Source: Marsupella aquatica (taxonomy: Eukaryota; Plantae; Marchantiophyta). From it: 64,000 nt of DNA. The notes under the pieces were generated by a model. The model did not search any database and was not told the DNA's origin. It was given only the letters and a program-made list of their open reading frames with translations. This document shows positions 39,838-52,701 of this stretch, in pieces (the stretch's first letter is position 1; each line of letters starts with the position of its first letter). The DNA is taken from the NCBI GenBank assembly GCA_973895155.1, contig OZ316897.1:11617832-11681831 (forward strand), in the 5' to 3' direction. The position numbers and the translations under genes are program-made.

Positions 39838-40800
39838 TTCATACAGTTGGAGAAGTGTGGGTTCACACAGGACTTCAGGATTAAGATTGCAGTCATCGAG
39901 CTGTCCACCAATCCCCAGTTACAGATTGAACGTCTCGGTGCATCTGCATTTGTCACAATGAATGCCTGCTTGTTTGACATTAATTTCGGATGTGGGTTCG
40001 TATGGTTCCACTCCAGGGACTATCGATCGTCCCTTGCTATCAATTAGCAAATAACTTGAGCTACTTACATGGCCAAGACGGGCCAGAGACATCCACTACC
40101 TTCAACCAAGCTTCAGAACTAATATCCAGACCAAAACCATGTCACAAAAGCTTGAATTATTTGAAGCAAACCTTCATTGTACGTCCAGACTGCTTTACAC
40201 AAGTAGATGACAAAACAGTCCTCAATTTCATTGAAAGGCCAACTGATAAGGTGAAGTTGCTTCCCAGGTGTAGACAATCCCCGAAAACCCTACAGTTGAA
40301 CCCTACAGTTGAAAAAATATCAGGAAGGGGCCACACGCACGGGGTAATGTTGTACATGGATCTACAGATTTTCCCCATGCTTAATTCGATTCCTGTAACT
40401 GTAGGATTGACGAAACCTTTGGATACCATAACAAAACTGTAATCACTCTCCAGCCATAACAAAGCTTACAGCTTGCAATATGACACTATGCTGACCCTCT
40501 CCGCCTCGTTGGTGAAGATCCATGAACTTACCACGTGTGTTGGTTATTAATGACCAGACACATGTCAGATTTCCAGGCTAATTCAATTCCCTCAAGGCAG
40601 GCTGGTAAATTATTAGACATAAACGCACCAAACCTTGCTAGTGAAGAATTTCTAGGCAGTATTGACTAGTGTACAACTTATGTGCAACTAAACTAATATG
40701 TGATATCAACGTGGCACTACGATGACCTGAGGGCTTGACCACTTCAACCGTCAACACCTGTAGACTACACACCCTGCTACTTCATACAGTGTGCAGAAAC

Positions 40801-43800
40801 TTATGTGCAACCGCCAGAACTGGCCGACCCTCCATGTCTTCTCTCCTTTTTGACCCGAACCTCATTCGGATCAAAACCTCCTTCTTCAGCTCCATATACT
40901 GCCCAGCTGGGGGTTGGTGCCATATAGTCTTCACTGCCGAAAGGCTTTCCTGATGCAATCTGATCATACAAATACCATATCACTACACAAATCACAGAAT
41001 GAAAAGCTCTCGCCTATGAGACACAAACAATTTGAAAGTAACATGAATGAAAAGAAGCCATAACATTGCAAACGCAACTTGCCCCAATTGAGGGAAAGGA
41101 ATGGGTGCAATGGGTACCAGATCATGGAATTTCTCATAGTCAATCCATGTGTGCCAAACCCCTTGGATTTTGAATTTCGAAGTTTTAGCCAAAAGCACAC
41201 AGCAGGAGTGTGCATGTTCACAAGCAAGTTCGTATTCGCCCTTCCTTGCCACTACCATGGCCTCAGCAAAATCCTTGACATCTTTGTGCCAAGGTACATT
41301 CTCCATTGTCAGTGATGATGTTGCAGTGCTGCATTGCACATCAGGGCGTGGAAGGGGTTAAACGAGAATCCTGTATTGATTACTTACACAGCACATGGAC
41401 ACTAACAGCGAAAGCTTTGCCTCACAAGTGAATTAATCTGAAGCTGACAAACTGAGTGGTTAACAAGCCGTCGCGAAGGTCAGAACAGGAAGGGTGACAG
41501 CATTGTGTTCACACGGAGTAACATGTTGGGTGTTGCTGGACTCTGGCATTCTTGCAAACCATTACTCCACAACAGCGATATACTTACGAGCCACAATAGG
41601 TCACACCCTTGATTTCTATAAAGTCAGGCTGACCAAGATCCAAGAGCTCTGCATAAGCCTCGAGCTCGGCAGTGTTCCATCCCTTGACTAGCGTCAATCG
41701 ATATACAGTACGTTGATTCTTGTCCCGAAGAGCAATGAGAGAATCCTGTGGACATTTCACATACATAAATTCCCTAGGTATGGAACAGATCGTTTGCATT
41801 GTCTCGTAATTGCAACATGAGAAGCTCCTCATGATACTATGGGAAGTGACATTTCAGGCACTCAAGCAACCCAGATTTGCAAGCATCCTAAAAAGATTTG
41901 CACAATTGACCCAATAATAGAAGGCCTTTTATCCACGAAAAGAAGGTCCTGTCTTCCAAATATATCTATTCGCGTAATTTTTACCAATGGATCCACGATT
42001 TATGCAAGTGCGAAATTCACTCACAGTGAACCGTTCCCAGAAGTCACTGAATAGTGGCCTATCAATAGCCTTCAATTTCTCTTTCGTTGCAGCATCTACA
42101 CTCACGTACAGCTGAAGAACACAACCGAGAAATCTTGAGTTATATTAATTCACTACTACACTTTGAATCACCAGAGCAGAAGGTACAAAATGATACCATC
42201 AGACTTTTTACAACAGTAACAAAAGTGGGGATATATCGTGCCTGAGTCACAGGCTTGAGCAGTGATATTCGATCTGGAAACTGAGCATTTGTGACAAGGA
42301 AACTGGATATGCGCCGCCTGTGCAGCTCATCAACAAATGTGTTGATTTCAGGGTACATGATGGGCTCCCCAACTAGAGAGAGAGCACAATGTCTGGGTTC
42401 CATTCCTTCAGCTAGGCGCTCTGGTTTTACTCCTGCACAGGGAGTTCGGAAGGTTCCATTACTAATCCATCACGACCATAATGGCACAGCAGCAAAGCAA
42501 GTGTACTTTCCCTCAATGCTGCAAGAAAACCTCTGTACCCAGCATGAAGGCAAAACAGAGGCTAAATTCCCCACAAATATGCACCGCAGAAATAGTAAAA
42601 TTTGCAAAACCCTTCTAAAGTCCTTCCAGTAACGAAAGAATTTCAGTGAAAAAGCTTTGATGTGGGTAACAAGACGTACAATGGAAAATTGATCACAGAT
42701 GCTTTTCGATTTTTGTTCTTTAAATTGTGGCGAACGCCTTTCCGAAATGAATAAGATCGAATCGGCATCATTTACTCATTCCAAACAGAGTAAGGACATG
42801 GAAATAAGCAACTCAAGTGCGCGAGAGAACGACGAGAAAGAGTGAGAAACTACCTGGGACACCCTTCATCTGCTTAATCATCCGTGTATGTTGATCAAGG
42901 GCAGCATTGACAATGTCTATAGGATCATCCATTTTCCACCGCCATTCCTTTCCAACTGGGTTTGTGTGGTGTCTCCAACTGTAAGAAAAAAAACCTCATT
43001 TCAGGAGCAAAATTGAGCATTAGCAATAAGAGAGAATTCTGCCATCAAATACACGACGCAAGAGCCTGTACAGCATCCTCCCAACTCCGTACTCCGCATG
43101 AAAAGCAACAAAGTAGCAGAGCAGCCAAAGGTCTAGAACGTACCAGAATACACACTTGTTTGCACATGCCAAGCTGGGAGTTGTCTCCATGCATCTGAAA
43201 CAACACGATGGTAAAGGAAAAAACGGTGACTTCATTGATATTTGCTTTTGGGAAGGTAGACTCCCATTCTCAAGCCATGAAGGAAAACGATGACGGCTTT
43301 GCAAACTCTACGAGAAATCAGACGAAAATTGTTCTTGAAATCCTCCTGTAATGAAAATATAAATAAGCCCTTACCGGTGACTTTCGATTCCGTAAAAGGA
43401 GTGCTTGTAGCATCCACCACGACCACGTAGCTGTGACTTAGTCCATCGACACAGCTTCACTCCACTATGCGATCCCAGTATCTTGTAACCCTGTTGTACG
43501 ATAAAAAAAATTGTAAGTCCACGACTGCACTTTAATAATGTTAGGCAATCAATGTAGCGAGGCTCTTACTCCCAAAACACCTGTACTTTTGCTGTCACGA
43601 GGACGTGTCTATCAATATATACCAGATACATTGAGTGAACCCAACTTCAGTTTCAAGATCGGGGTGAATGAGACAGCTGAAGGACGAAAACACTACATAG
43701 AACATCGCGAATGGACAAATATATGCTCCACCAACCGGGATTCCCACGCTACCTGCTTCTCTAAGTTGGCCCGGAGAGCAGGTGTGACCATCTCCTTCGC

Positions 43801-45099
43801 ATGATTGTTCTTATCAGTGTTGGGTAAACTGGTTATCTGCTTCGCTCCCCTTTGCTGAAAACCCTTCTTACGCACGATACCCTTCTTCCGCGAACCAGGA
43901 ATGATTTCCAATGAGGCAGGTTTACCAGCCACATCCTCAAGGTCTATTAAAGATTCAATGTTCTCCTTGTCTTCAGTGGAATCAAAATCCTCGCTGTCAC
44001 TGGAAAACTCCTCTTGGAGCGAACTCTCTGTGGCCCCTTTCGCTACTTCTGTCTTGATTTTGTTCTCAAGGGCCATCTCTGGTTTACTACCGGACCCCAG
44101 GAGAACCTCTTTAAGATTATTAATCCAGACATGGAATTGAACCTCAACATTATCCTCATCCTGATCACCTTCCCCTCTTGCAATGGCCTCCACGGCCCCC
44201 AATGATTTCATGTGTTTCTCGAAATCTCTGGCTGCAGAATTGTACGAAGAACCATATGAACTGCTCCCTACTCCAAATACTGCAAAGCGACAATCCTTGA
44301 GCAGCCCCGAGCCAACCCGAAAATCTTCGGAGCTCTCTTCCAGCCACCGGGATAGATACGCAGCGTTATTCGGGACCTTTCCATCAGCCCAAGTGCTTGT
44401 AACGAATACTACAAGAGTCTCCTTCGACAAATCTTCGGGTTCATAACCAGCTGGATCCACCAAGTCCACAGGAAGATCCTCCGCTACCAACTGCTTAACA
44501 AGATTTTCTGCCAGTGTCTTTGCCGTTCCAGTCTGCGACGCGAAAAACACTTTTCCTCGGACATTGTCCCCAGTAAGCAAAATGCGACCAGAACTGCCAT
44601 TAGTAAGCGTTACGGAGGCATTTCGTTCTGCATTGCCGCAGCCACAAGTACCACCGCCACAATTGCTTGCAAAATTTGCAGACCGTCCGTTTGAGACATC
44701 GCCATTCGTTCGCGCATTGTACAGAACTTTCACATCTTCATTGACAGAATTGCCGGGAAACAATTTCGTGGATGATTGATTTTTGCATCCGCATGACCGG
44801 CTGTTAGTGTTTGACGAAGTCCCGCATTGGGACGTAACCTCGGTAGTGACATTCCCTTGACCGATTCCTTGCTTCTCCTCTTCGACGCCATCCTCATCTT
44901 CTTCGTCTTCGTCTTCGTCCGCCTCTTCCAAATCTTCTTCCTCGCTTTGATCCCTGCTCAGTAACGCTTTCAGGTCTACATCGCTGCTAGATCTGGCTTT
45001 CCTGTTCTTCACAAACGCGTAAACAGTAACAGAAACGATTACAACAGACGCACATGACGCCACGACAACGAAGGTTTTCATTCGATTGCTCATCGTCAT
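40801..45099 (-). CDS. TYW1: S-adenosyl-L-methionine-dependent tRNA 4-demethylwyosine synthase (flavodoxin + radical SAM), 9 exons, 814 aa
   Basis: Exons 45099-43753, 43490-43375, 43194-43144, 42978-42854, 42432-42242, 42111-42025, 41745-41588, 41328-41118, 40959-40801 sum to 2445 nt. Flavodoxin FASQTGTAK; GYKILGSHSGVKLCRWT; CANKCVFC; HCALSLVGEP; ACEHAHSC. Confidence 0.96.
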
Positions 45100-45371
45100 G
45101 CTCGGAAAATTGGCAGTAATCAATGTCGCAGCTCGACCGAGATCACGAACAAAGAGCCGGAGCACAAGTTTTTGGACTCTAAAAAACTGCAAAGCTCCAT
45201 CCAATTTCCCAGAGGAGATGGATGTTACTGATCATTCGACGGGAGGCCGAAGCAACAGCGCGCTGCCATTGGCAACGCTGCACTTCGCGGAATCGGGATT
45301 CATATCCTCGATGTGATACTGGCGTAAAATGTTAGCCGGCATTTCTCTCGGGAAAACGCGGACCCTCATTG

Positions 45372-45385
45372 TTTAGGGTTTAGGG
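45372..45385 (-). promoter_or_regulatory. Telo-box pair (AAACCCTA) upstream of TYW1
   Basis: TTTAGGGTTTAGGG about 270 bp upstream of the ATG. Telo-boxes are common in plant translation-related promoters. Confidence 0.45.
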
Positions 45386-47023
45386 GTTTCAAACAAGTGC
45401 AGTTTTTTAAGGTTTTTTCTTTGGACCTCTTTCTCTTTGGACCACTTTTCCTTGCCTTTCATTTTTTGTTCCTGGTATATAAACTTAGGTCACTTGTTTG
45501 CTTTTTTCTAAGAAGATCCCCTCAAGTGAAGAAGTAGAAGATGGTAAGAATGTTCCTTATCTAATTTTACTCTTGAATTCACATCTCCCTAGATTTAATT
45601 CCTTGCCTAATTTTCCCTTTTGAATGTATGATCTCCCTACTATAGATTTAAGGATAACAGTCAGATCTGGCTAATGGGGTTTATGGATAGGTGCAAAAAT
45701 TGGCTAATTTAGCCAACAGTGGAGAATACCTCTTAGTGGGGTGGAGTTTATTGGATTTTAGGCCTAAAAATTAAGCAGACCTTTTCAAACCATGACAAAC
45801 ATGAACCATTTTGGCCTTGTTGAAGATGAGGTGTGTGGAGCTGTAGGTGTGTGTTGTATGTAAGATTTTGTGGGCTCTTGTAGTGCAGGGGGCTTGCGGT
45901 ATTCTGGGCATCCTCATTGTCATTTTGACACCCTGGTTTGTACATTCCAGTGTCTTGGTGGCCACCTCTCCAAAGCATCTTTCCATTTTAGTTTATAAAA
46001 ACGCCAACTGAAGTTTATTTTTTAGAGCCTAGGTCTAGAGTGAAGCCTCTAGACCGTAACTCTATGGCCATCATGTGCATGGGAGAAACTCATGACATGA
46101 CTATGATGTATGCACATGTCAGTTTTTTGTGATAATTTTTTAAGTATTTACATTCAAAAAATATAGGCACTATGGCCCCATCACAACATATGTGTATAGA
46201 AGATGGATGTGCATACAAAAAGACTGATGTGCACATAAGGGAGAATGGTATATTATATATGACTATTAAAATGATGAATTTTTTTATCATTTCATTAACC
46301 TTCAAAGAATATGAATAGATAATATATTTTGATAATTCTTTTATTGTCCTCTACGCTATTCACATTCAAAGAACGGGTAGTCGGGGCTAGTTGTTATTGT
46401 TGTTACCTCATTGGATTGGATGTTTGTTCCAACTTCCCAGTGGCTCTGGTGGGACCCATAGAAACATTCATTCTTAACTTGTTAATTTTTATCAGATGTA
46501 TTTAAACCAGTAAGATGAAATGCACTTAGAGTAAAAACTTTAAAGATGAGTTGTGCGAAGCTCTAAGTTGGGATAAGATCCTTAGCAAACGTTTTGCTAG
46601 GACACAACTTCTACATTATCAGGATCCACTAGCCCCATGTCTGTGCCTTGCACAATAGATGTCAAGGCGAGAAAAGTATATTGAGGTGAGAGAAGCTGTT
46701 GAGGTGGAAAAATATATCATAAGTGAGAAAATGACACTGAGGTGACTAAAAGATGTCAAGGAAGAAAAAACTATGTGAAGGAGAGAAAAGATGTTGAGAT
46801 GAGAAAAAATAGTCAAGGTGAAAAGATGTTTGTGAAAGAAAAATATGTCAAAATACGAAAAAATTACAAGACAAGACCAAAAAAATGTAAGCTTTGTGAG
46901 GAACTTGTTGAAGCATGTTATGTATCATCCTAGCCATGCAGTCATTGTTGTTGTGTTCAGCACCTGTGTGTACCCGTGCGTCACACATAAGATGTCATTG
47001 CATAAATAAGCTGTTGCATAAAA

Positions 47024-47368
47024 TGTTGAGCATAGACGACATTCGCAACGGCAAGCCCATGAACCATCCAACGCACAATAGTCGACACAGAGAGATACGT
47101 GGTTCACCTCCACATGAGGCTACGTCCACGGGAACACACAAGAGCTTTACTGCACTCTAGGCCGACCAGCCATACCAAGCATCCACAGCACAAGCTCTCC
47201 CTATCTCTCAACTAGCTCCGTAACAATGAGCCTGAGTTCCCCCTCACCAAGCAAACACCGCTTGGTTATAGAGTGTGCACAACATGACTAACCTAACCAA
47301 GTCTACGACTAAGGTTAGCCTTAACTACGGTACAGTCGTAACTCTAGACCTAAGAGTAAATCCTAACA
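47024..47368 (-). repeat. 3' LTR of the copia element (345 bp)
   Basis: TGTT...AACA termini; polypurine tract AAGGGGGAGAT on the minus strand immediately inside (47369-47379). Confidence 0.8.
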
Positions 47369-49360
47369 ATCTCCCCCTTGACTCTGGTCTAGGGAAAGGT
47401 AAAGACTGCTACCAATATGATTGCTCAGCGGGAAGTTCTGGAAAGAAAAACCAAACCGGTTTTTCCCTCTTTATACGAGAGTAGACCAGAACTAAGCCGT
47501 AGCCTATACAAGGAATGAGCAAGAGCATATCTCAGTATCTACACAAATGTTAAGTAACCCTACTTGTGAGGCAATTGCAAAACCTGCAACGCATCACGGT
47601 GTCTAGAAAAACTCTCCAAAGGAATCACTTTGGTAAAAGCGTCAGCCGGGTTGAGTTTACCGTCAATCTTGACTAGCTCAAACATATTATCAGACACAGC
47701 TTGCCTGATAAAATGATATCTGACGTCAATGTGCTTCACTCTGCTGTCCATCACCTGGTTCACAGCAAGGTGAAGCGCACTCTGACTATCACAATGGAGC
47801 TTCACATTCCCCTGTGGCAATCCCATCTCAGTGATCAGTCTATCCAACCAAATCGCTTCCTTTGCTGCTTCCGCTGTTGCAACATACTCTACTTCTGTAG
47901 TAGACTGAGCAATACACTTCTGCAAGGTAGACCTCCAACTTATGCATCCACCTCCCAGTGTGAACACATAACCTGTGTTGACCTCCTCCGATCCAGATCC
48001 TGTGCATAGTCAGCATCTACATAGCCCATCAATGATCTAGCATTATCAGCATATGCATCAAACAGTAGACCATGATCCACGGTACCATTCAAATACCGAA
48101 TAATCCACTTCACTGCTTCCCAGTGTACCTTCCCTGGATTTGACATGTACCTGCTCACCTTGCCCATAGCCATGGCAAGATCAGGTCTAGTACAAGTCAT
48201 CAAATACATGAGACTCCCCACTGCCTTGTCATATGGAACCTTTGACATCAACCCCTTTTCTGTGTCATCCGTAGGACACAAAGCTAATGACAACTTGAAG
48301 TGTGGAGCCAACGGGGTACTTAGTGGCTTGTTATCCCCCATGTTGAACCTTGCAATTACCTTCCTCGCATAACTGCTCTACGTCAACCATAGCTTACTAG
48401 CCTTCAAGTCCCTAGTGATCTCCATACCCAAAATTCTCTTAGCTGGCCCTAAGTCCTTCATCTTAAATTCTGCACTAAGCAGTGCCTTGAGCTTAACAAT
48501 CTCAGACCTATCTTTGGCCGCAATAAGCATGTCATCCACATAAAGTACTAAAACAATGACCCAAAAACAACATTCTTCACCAGTTTAAGATACACACATG
48601 GGTCAAACACACTCCTATGAAAGCCTTGTGCACAGATCCAATCATCAAACCGCTTATTCCATTGTCTTGGTGATTGCTTCAACCCGTACAAGGATCTCAG
48701 CAATCTGCAAACCAAATCCTCTTGCCCTTTCTTCACAAAACCTAGCGGCTGTCTCATGAAGATCAACTCTTCCAAGGTGCCATAGAGGAAAGCTGTGACA
48801 ACATCCATCTGATCTAGCAGCAGACCAAACATAACAACAAGCACACACAATAGCCATATTGTTGAGTACTTAGCAACTGGTGAGAAGACCTCATTGTAAT
48901 CTACACCTTTTCCTGTGTGAATCCCTTGGCTACCAACCTAGCTTTGTAGACCTTCAATCCACCTCTTGTGGACTGATCCTTCAGCTTGTATATCCACTAG
49001 CTATCCACCACTTGCTGTCCCTCAGGCAGCTTGACAAGCTCCCAAGTTTTGTTGTCCTTTAGTGACTGCATCTCTGTTTGCATTGCTGCAGTCCACTCCT
49101 GCTTCTCCTTTGAAGCACTTGCTTCATGAAATGAAGAAGGTTCCCCTTCTTCCAAAATCAACGCATCACCCTCATCATCAGTAACAAAGTCCAGTAACAA
49201 AGTCCTCCTCTTGCAACTGAGATGAATCAACCCACTGTCCATACCTTGGTGGAGTGCGTACAGTGCGACCAGATGTTCTTCTAGCCGATGACTCCGGTTG
49301 ATCTGCGTGTGCTGGTACAATTTTAAGCTCAACAGCATCCACTTGTTGCTCACCAGCATC
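47024..49360 (-). mobile_element. Ty1/copia retrotransposon 3' half (linker, RT, RNase H, PPT, LTR), frameshifted
   Basis: NKTWELV, QMDVVTAFLYG, SLYGLKQSPRQW, LYVDDML, GYVDADYA, STTEVEY, KHIDVRYHFIR. Confidence 0.93.
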
Positions 49361-49397
49361 TCCTTATCCCATCCTCTCTCCTTCTCTCCGGTCATCC

Positions 49398-52049
49398 TCC
49401 TTATCCCATCCTCTCGTACCGTCTCATCTTTCTTTAGTTCTAAACATCCTTTAATAGGTATGTCATCAAGGAAGGGTCGGGTCTTGTCAGGAATAAAACG
49501 TTGCAGAATTATATTCATGGCATTTTGCATGTGTGCTACCGAGTTTGTAGCACCTTGAGGCAGGGTACACATCTTGACCAATCCCAATGGTGTCTGCATC
49601 GTCGTTATGTCTCGACTACACTCAGACAACTGGAATTGATCATAACCTGAGTAAAGGTCTCCTATTGAGTAAATCGCCCTACCAGCAAACTCTTCTGCAA
49701 ACTCATCTACAACCGGTCCAGTACCAACATTCCTAATTGTAACCCTATTAGGTGGTTGCATATCTTGGATGAAACGCAATTTTCCATTTTTCTTTTTAAC
49801 AGTAAACCACCGATTAGAGTATGGGGCTTCAGATCGCTCAAGAATCTTGGCCTTCAACTTCTCTTTAAGTAATTCCATAAGCTTTGGCATCAGCGCTCGT
49901 GGAACCGGAAGTGGTCTCAAATCCCATGGAATATGTGGTACTGTAAAAATAATCATTGGGGTTACCTCTCTCGGGTTAACACAACCAATCTCATCTAAAT
50001 TAAAGGAAAAAGCTTTCCCATGCCTACTAATAACCTCCTTAAACCTTTCTTTCTCTACTTCCCAAAGCAACCCATCATCCCCTATTCTAATCTGAGCAAG
50101 AGTCTCCTCAGTGAACACATGCCCAATCCCTTCTGGGTCTCTTAAGCTAGGTTCCTCTCTAGCTTTCTCTATCAACCCTCGAGCATCTAAAGGCAAAGGT
50201 ACAGCTGCGGGTCTCACCTTCTTATCTACTGTCTTATACTTTGTATCCACATTTACTTGACGCTCCACAAAACTGCTAATCACTCCATACAAATCCCTTC
50301 CAATTTCAATGTCACTCACTCCTCTTCCCATCAGTTCCAAAGTTCGCTCAACTGTCTCCCCTATCCCAAACTCATCTATATAGCCCTCTAAACACTCATC
50401 TGGTCCTATTCCTAATCCCTTATGTAACTTAGCTTCGTCTCTACATAACCCACGCTCAATCCTTCTACAACATCCCTCTTTCTTAACGTGGACTATAACT
50501 CTTCCAAATCCAAACCCAACAAAGGACGAAACTAAAAATCTCTCTAACTCCCCTAATGTGGACGATTTCCCTGCCATGGCGCCTTGTTCAGTCGTCTCCC
50601 TATCCAAGGCGCCTAGTCGAAATCCTCAAATTTCCCTTCATTCTTCTTCCCTTCCCGTAGCTCTATACGATTTCTAGGATGCATGGGCAGCTTGTACTGT
50701 TGGAAACTGAATCATCTTAGATCCATCTCTACTCCGGATCAAGGCCACATGCGTCCCATCATCTAATACCTGTGTCGCCATCCTCATCTCAGTGATAAAT
50801 GGCTGTCCTAAAATCATCTGCATGGGAAGACTCTCATGAACAAAAACATTCATTGGTTCAACAATGTCCCCAATTCGGAGCTTAACTCCGGGACAAGCTC
50901 CCCAAAAACTGTTCTTGTCTGCACTAACAGATCTAACTCCTCACCCACTATGTCGATCTACTGCCCATTGTCCCTCCTCATAAATACGCATGGAAATAAT
51001 ATTTACTTCTGAACCTGAATCTAATAAAGCTCTCACAGGACTCTTAATTCTATCTAACTCCACCTCACATTCACTACACCCTCGTGCCCAATGCATTTTC
51101 CTAACATCCATGGCTATCGAGCACCAAGCTAAAGCTCTCTCTCTCATCTGCTCTCATAGCCTCCACCCCCACCTGCTCTTGACTCGTGGATTCTCCTCTC
51201 TCATAGCCCTCTCGTCCCCCACTCACTTTACCCTCAAAAGGCATCACTCTTTCTTCCCCTTCGTCCTCCGAGTCAAAACTCCCTTCTTCTGCCAAGGTAC
51301 ATACCACCCCTTGTGGCCCTTCCTTTAGGATGCGTTTTCTCTTGACCTGCGTCAAGATAACATCTTGCACATCTCTCCTCATACACCCTATTACCTCCTT
51401 GTTTGTTAGACCTCTCACTTCTTGGTTCCAAAATTTGGCACCAACCGCATTAAAGTCAACCTCCCACTCAATTTCCCTCCCTAATACCCACCCTGGTTTC
51501 TTCCCTCCTACCTTCCCTCTCCCTTTTTGCTCTACCCTAGAACTCGTCCCTGGTTCTTCCCTCTTAATCTCCCCTGACTCTCCTTCTTTCTTTTCCCCCT
51601 CTTTACTACTAAATGATTCTCTCGAATCCCTTTGTTTCACCTCTACTATTACCTTGAAACTACCCTTCCCCCTTGCTGAATAGAGTTCACAAAAACTGGT
51701 GCTTTCCAACCAGTTTCCCTCCGCAAATACTCAGCATATCTCTTCTCACTCACCTCATCAAAACTAGACCTGGTACCACCACTCGCCTCTATCCTATCTC
51801 GTTCAGCTAAATAAACCCTAGGCTCATACATCATCGCCCCAACCTTTGCCTTCCCTCTATGCTTCTCAACAAGCACCTTCATTCCCCCCTTCCCAAAGTT
51901 TAATGGAACCCCTTCCCCATCGTCAAAGTATGCTAGTCTTTTCTTCCCTGGTTCCCCTACAAACTTGACCCATTGTTCCCTTAGGGCCTCCGTCAACTCC
52001 TTAGACTCATTTCTGGATCACAGAATCACACCACATACACAAAGCATTT
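49398..52049 (-). mobile_element. Ty3/gypsy retrotransposon: gag C-terminus, aspartic protease, RT truncated just after FLDD
   Basis: CMWCDS knuckle (~52030), ALLDSGSEVNI, RFIQDMQPPNRVT, DLYSGYDQF, TLPQGATNS, FLDD. Several frameshifts and stops. Confidence 0.9.
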
Positions 52050-52701
52050 ATCACTATATTCATTAAAAGTGGAATTATAAAGAAGATTTGGAAATTTGGG
52101 CATTTAAAAACACACTTTTAGGCATAAGAATTGTAAATTTGAAGGATGAAAAATGAAAATTTAAGCATCATGAATTATAAATTTGGGGCAAAAAAATAGA
52201 CATTTGGACAAAGAAAATATTAATTTGGATAATATTAAAAAACATTTGGGTGATAAAAAGTGTTCATTTGGTTGAAAATAGATAGAACGTGTGTAATAAC
52301 ACATAAGCTTGGATAGCATCTATACTCAAAACATCTAGCTTGGATAGGATCATTATCTAAGCAACAATGAAATGCTAGACAAGTTAAATATCTTATATTG
52401 AAACTAGGATGACATCCAAGTAACTTAGAACTGCCATCATTTTCTAGAAATATATGTACTAAGACAAAAATAACAATAATTATCAAAAAGTCCATTCAAT
52501 AACTAAGAAAGATCATAGAGTATTTGATTGCAAGCCTTGTTCTCTCACTTACTTTAGACAAATGCATGGAAATTAACTTGACCCTCCTACCTACAAGTCA
52601 TTACATAGTGGACACTTGTGACCACTCTATCACTCTACTCATCAATACCTTCCATGTAAGTTTTGAGAGTTTTCAAAACATTCTTGGGAATTGTCAAACC
52701 T

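Noticed and set aside
39990-40462. 150-aa and 101-aa ORFs downstream of TYW1
   Set aside because: No recognisable domain or splice support.
46660-46860. ~21-bp periodic A-rich tract (a similar one lies at ~1590-1830)
   Set aside because: Probably TE subterminal or low-complexity sequence, but I could not define a unit consensus or element ends.
48997-50607. 536-aa ORF as a single pol protein
   Set aside because: It is a chimera of gypsy RT and partly out-of-frame copia linker/RT sequence.
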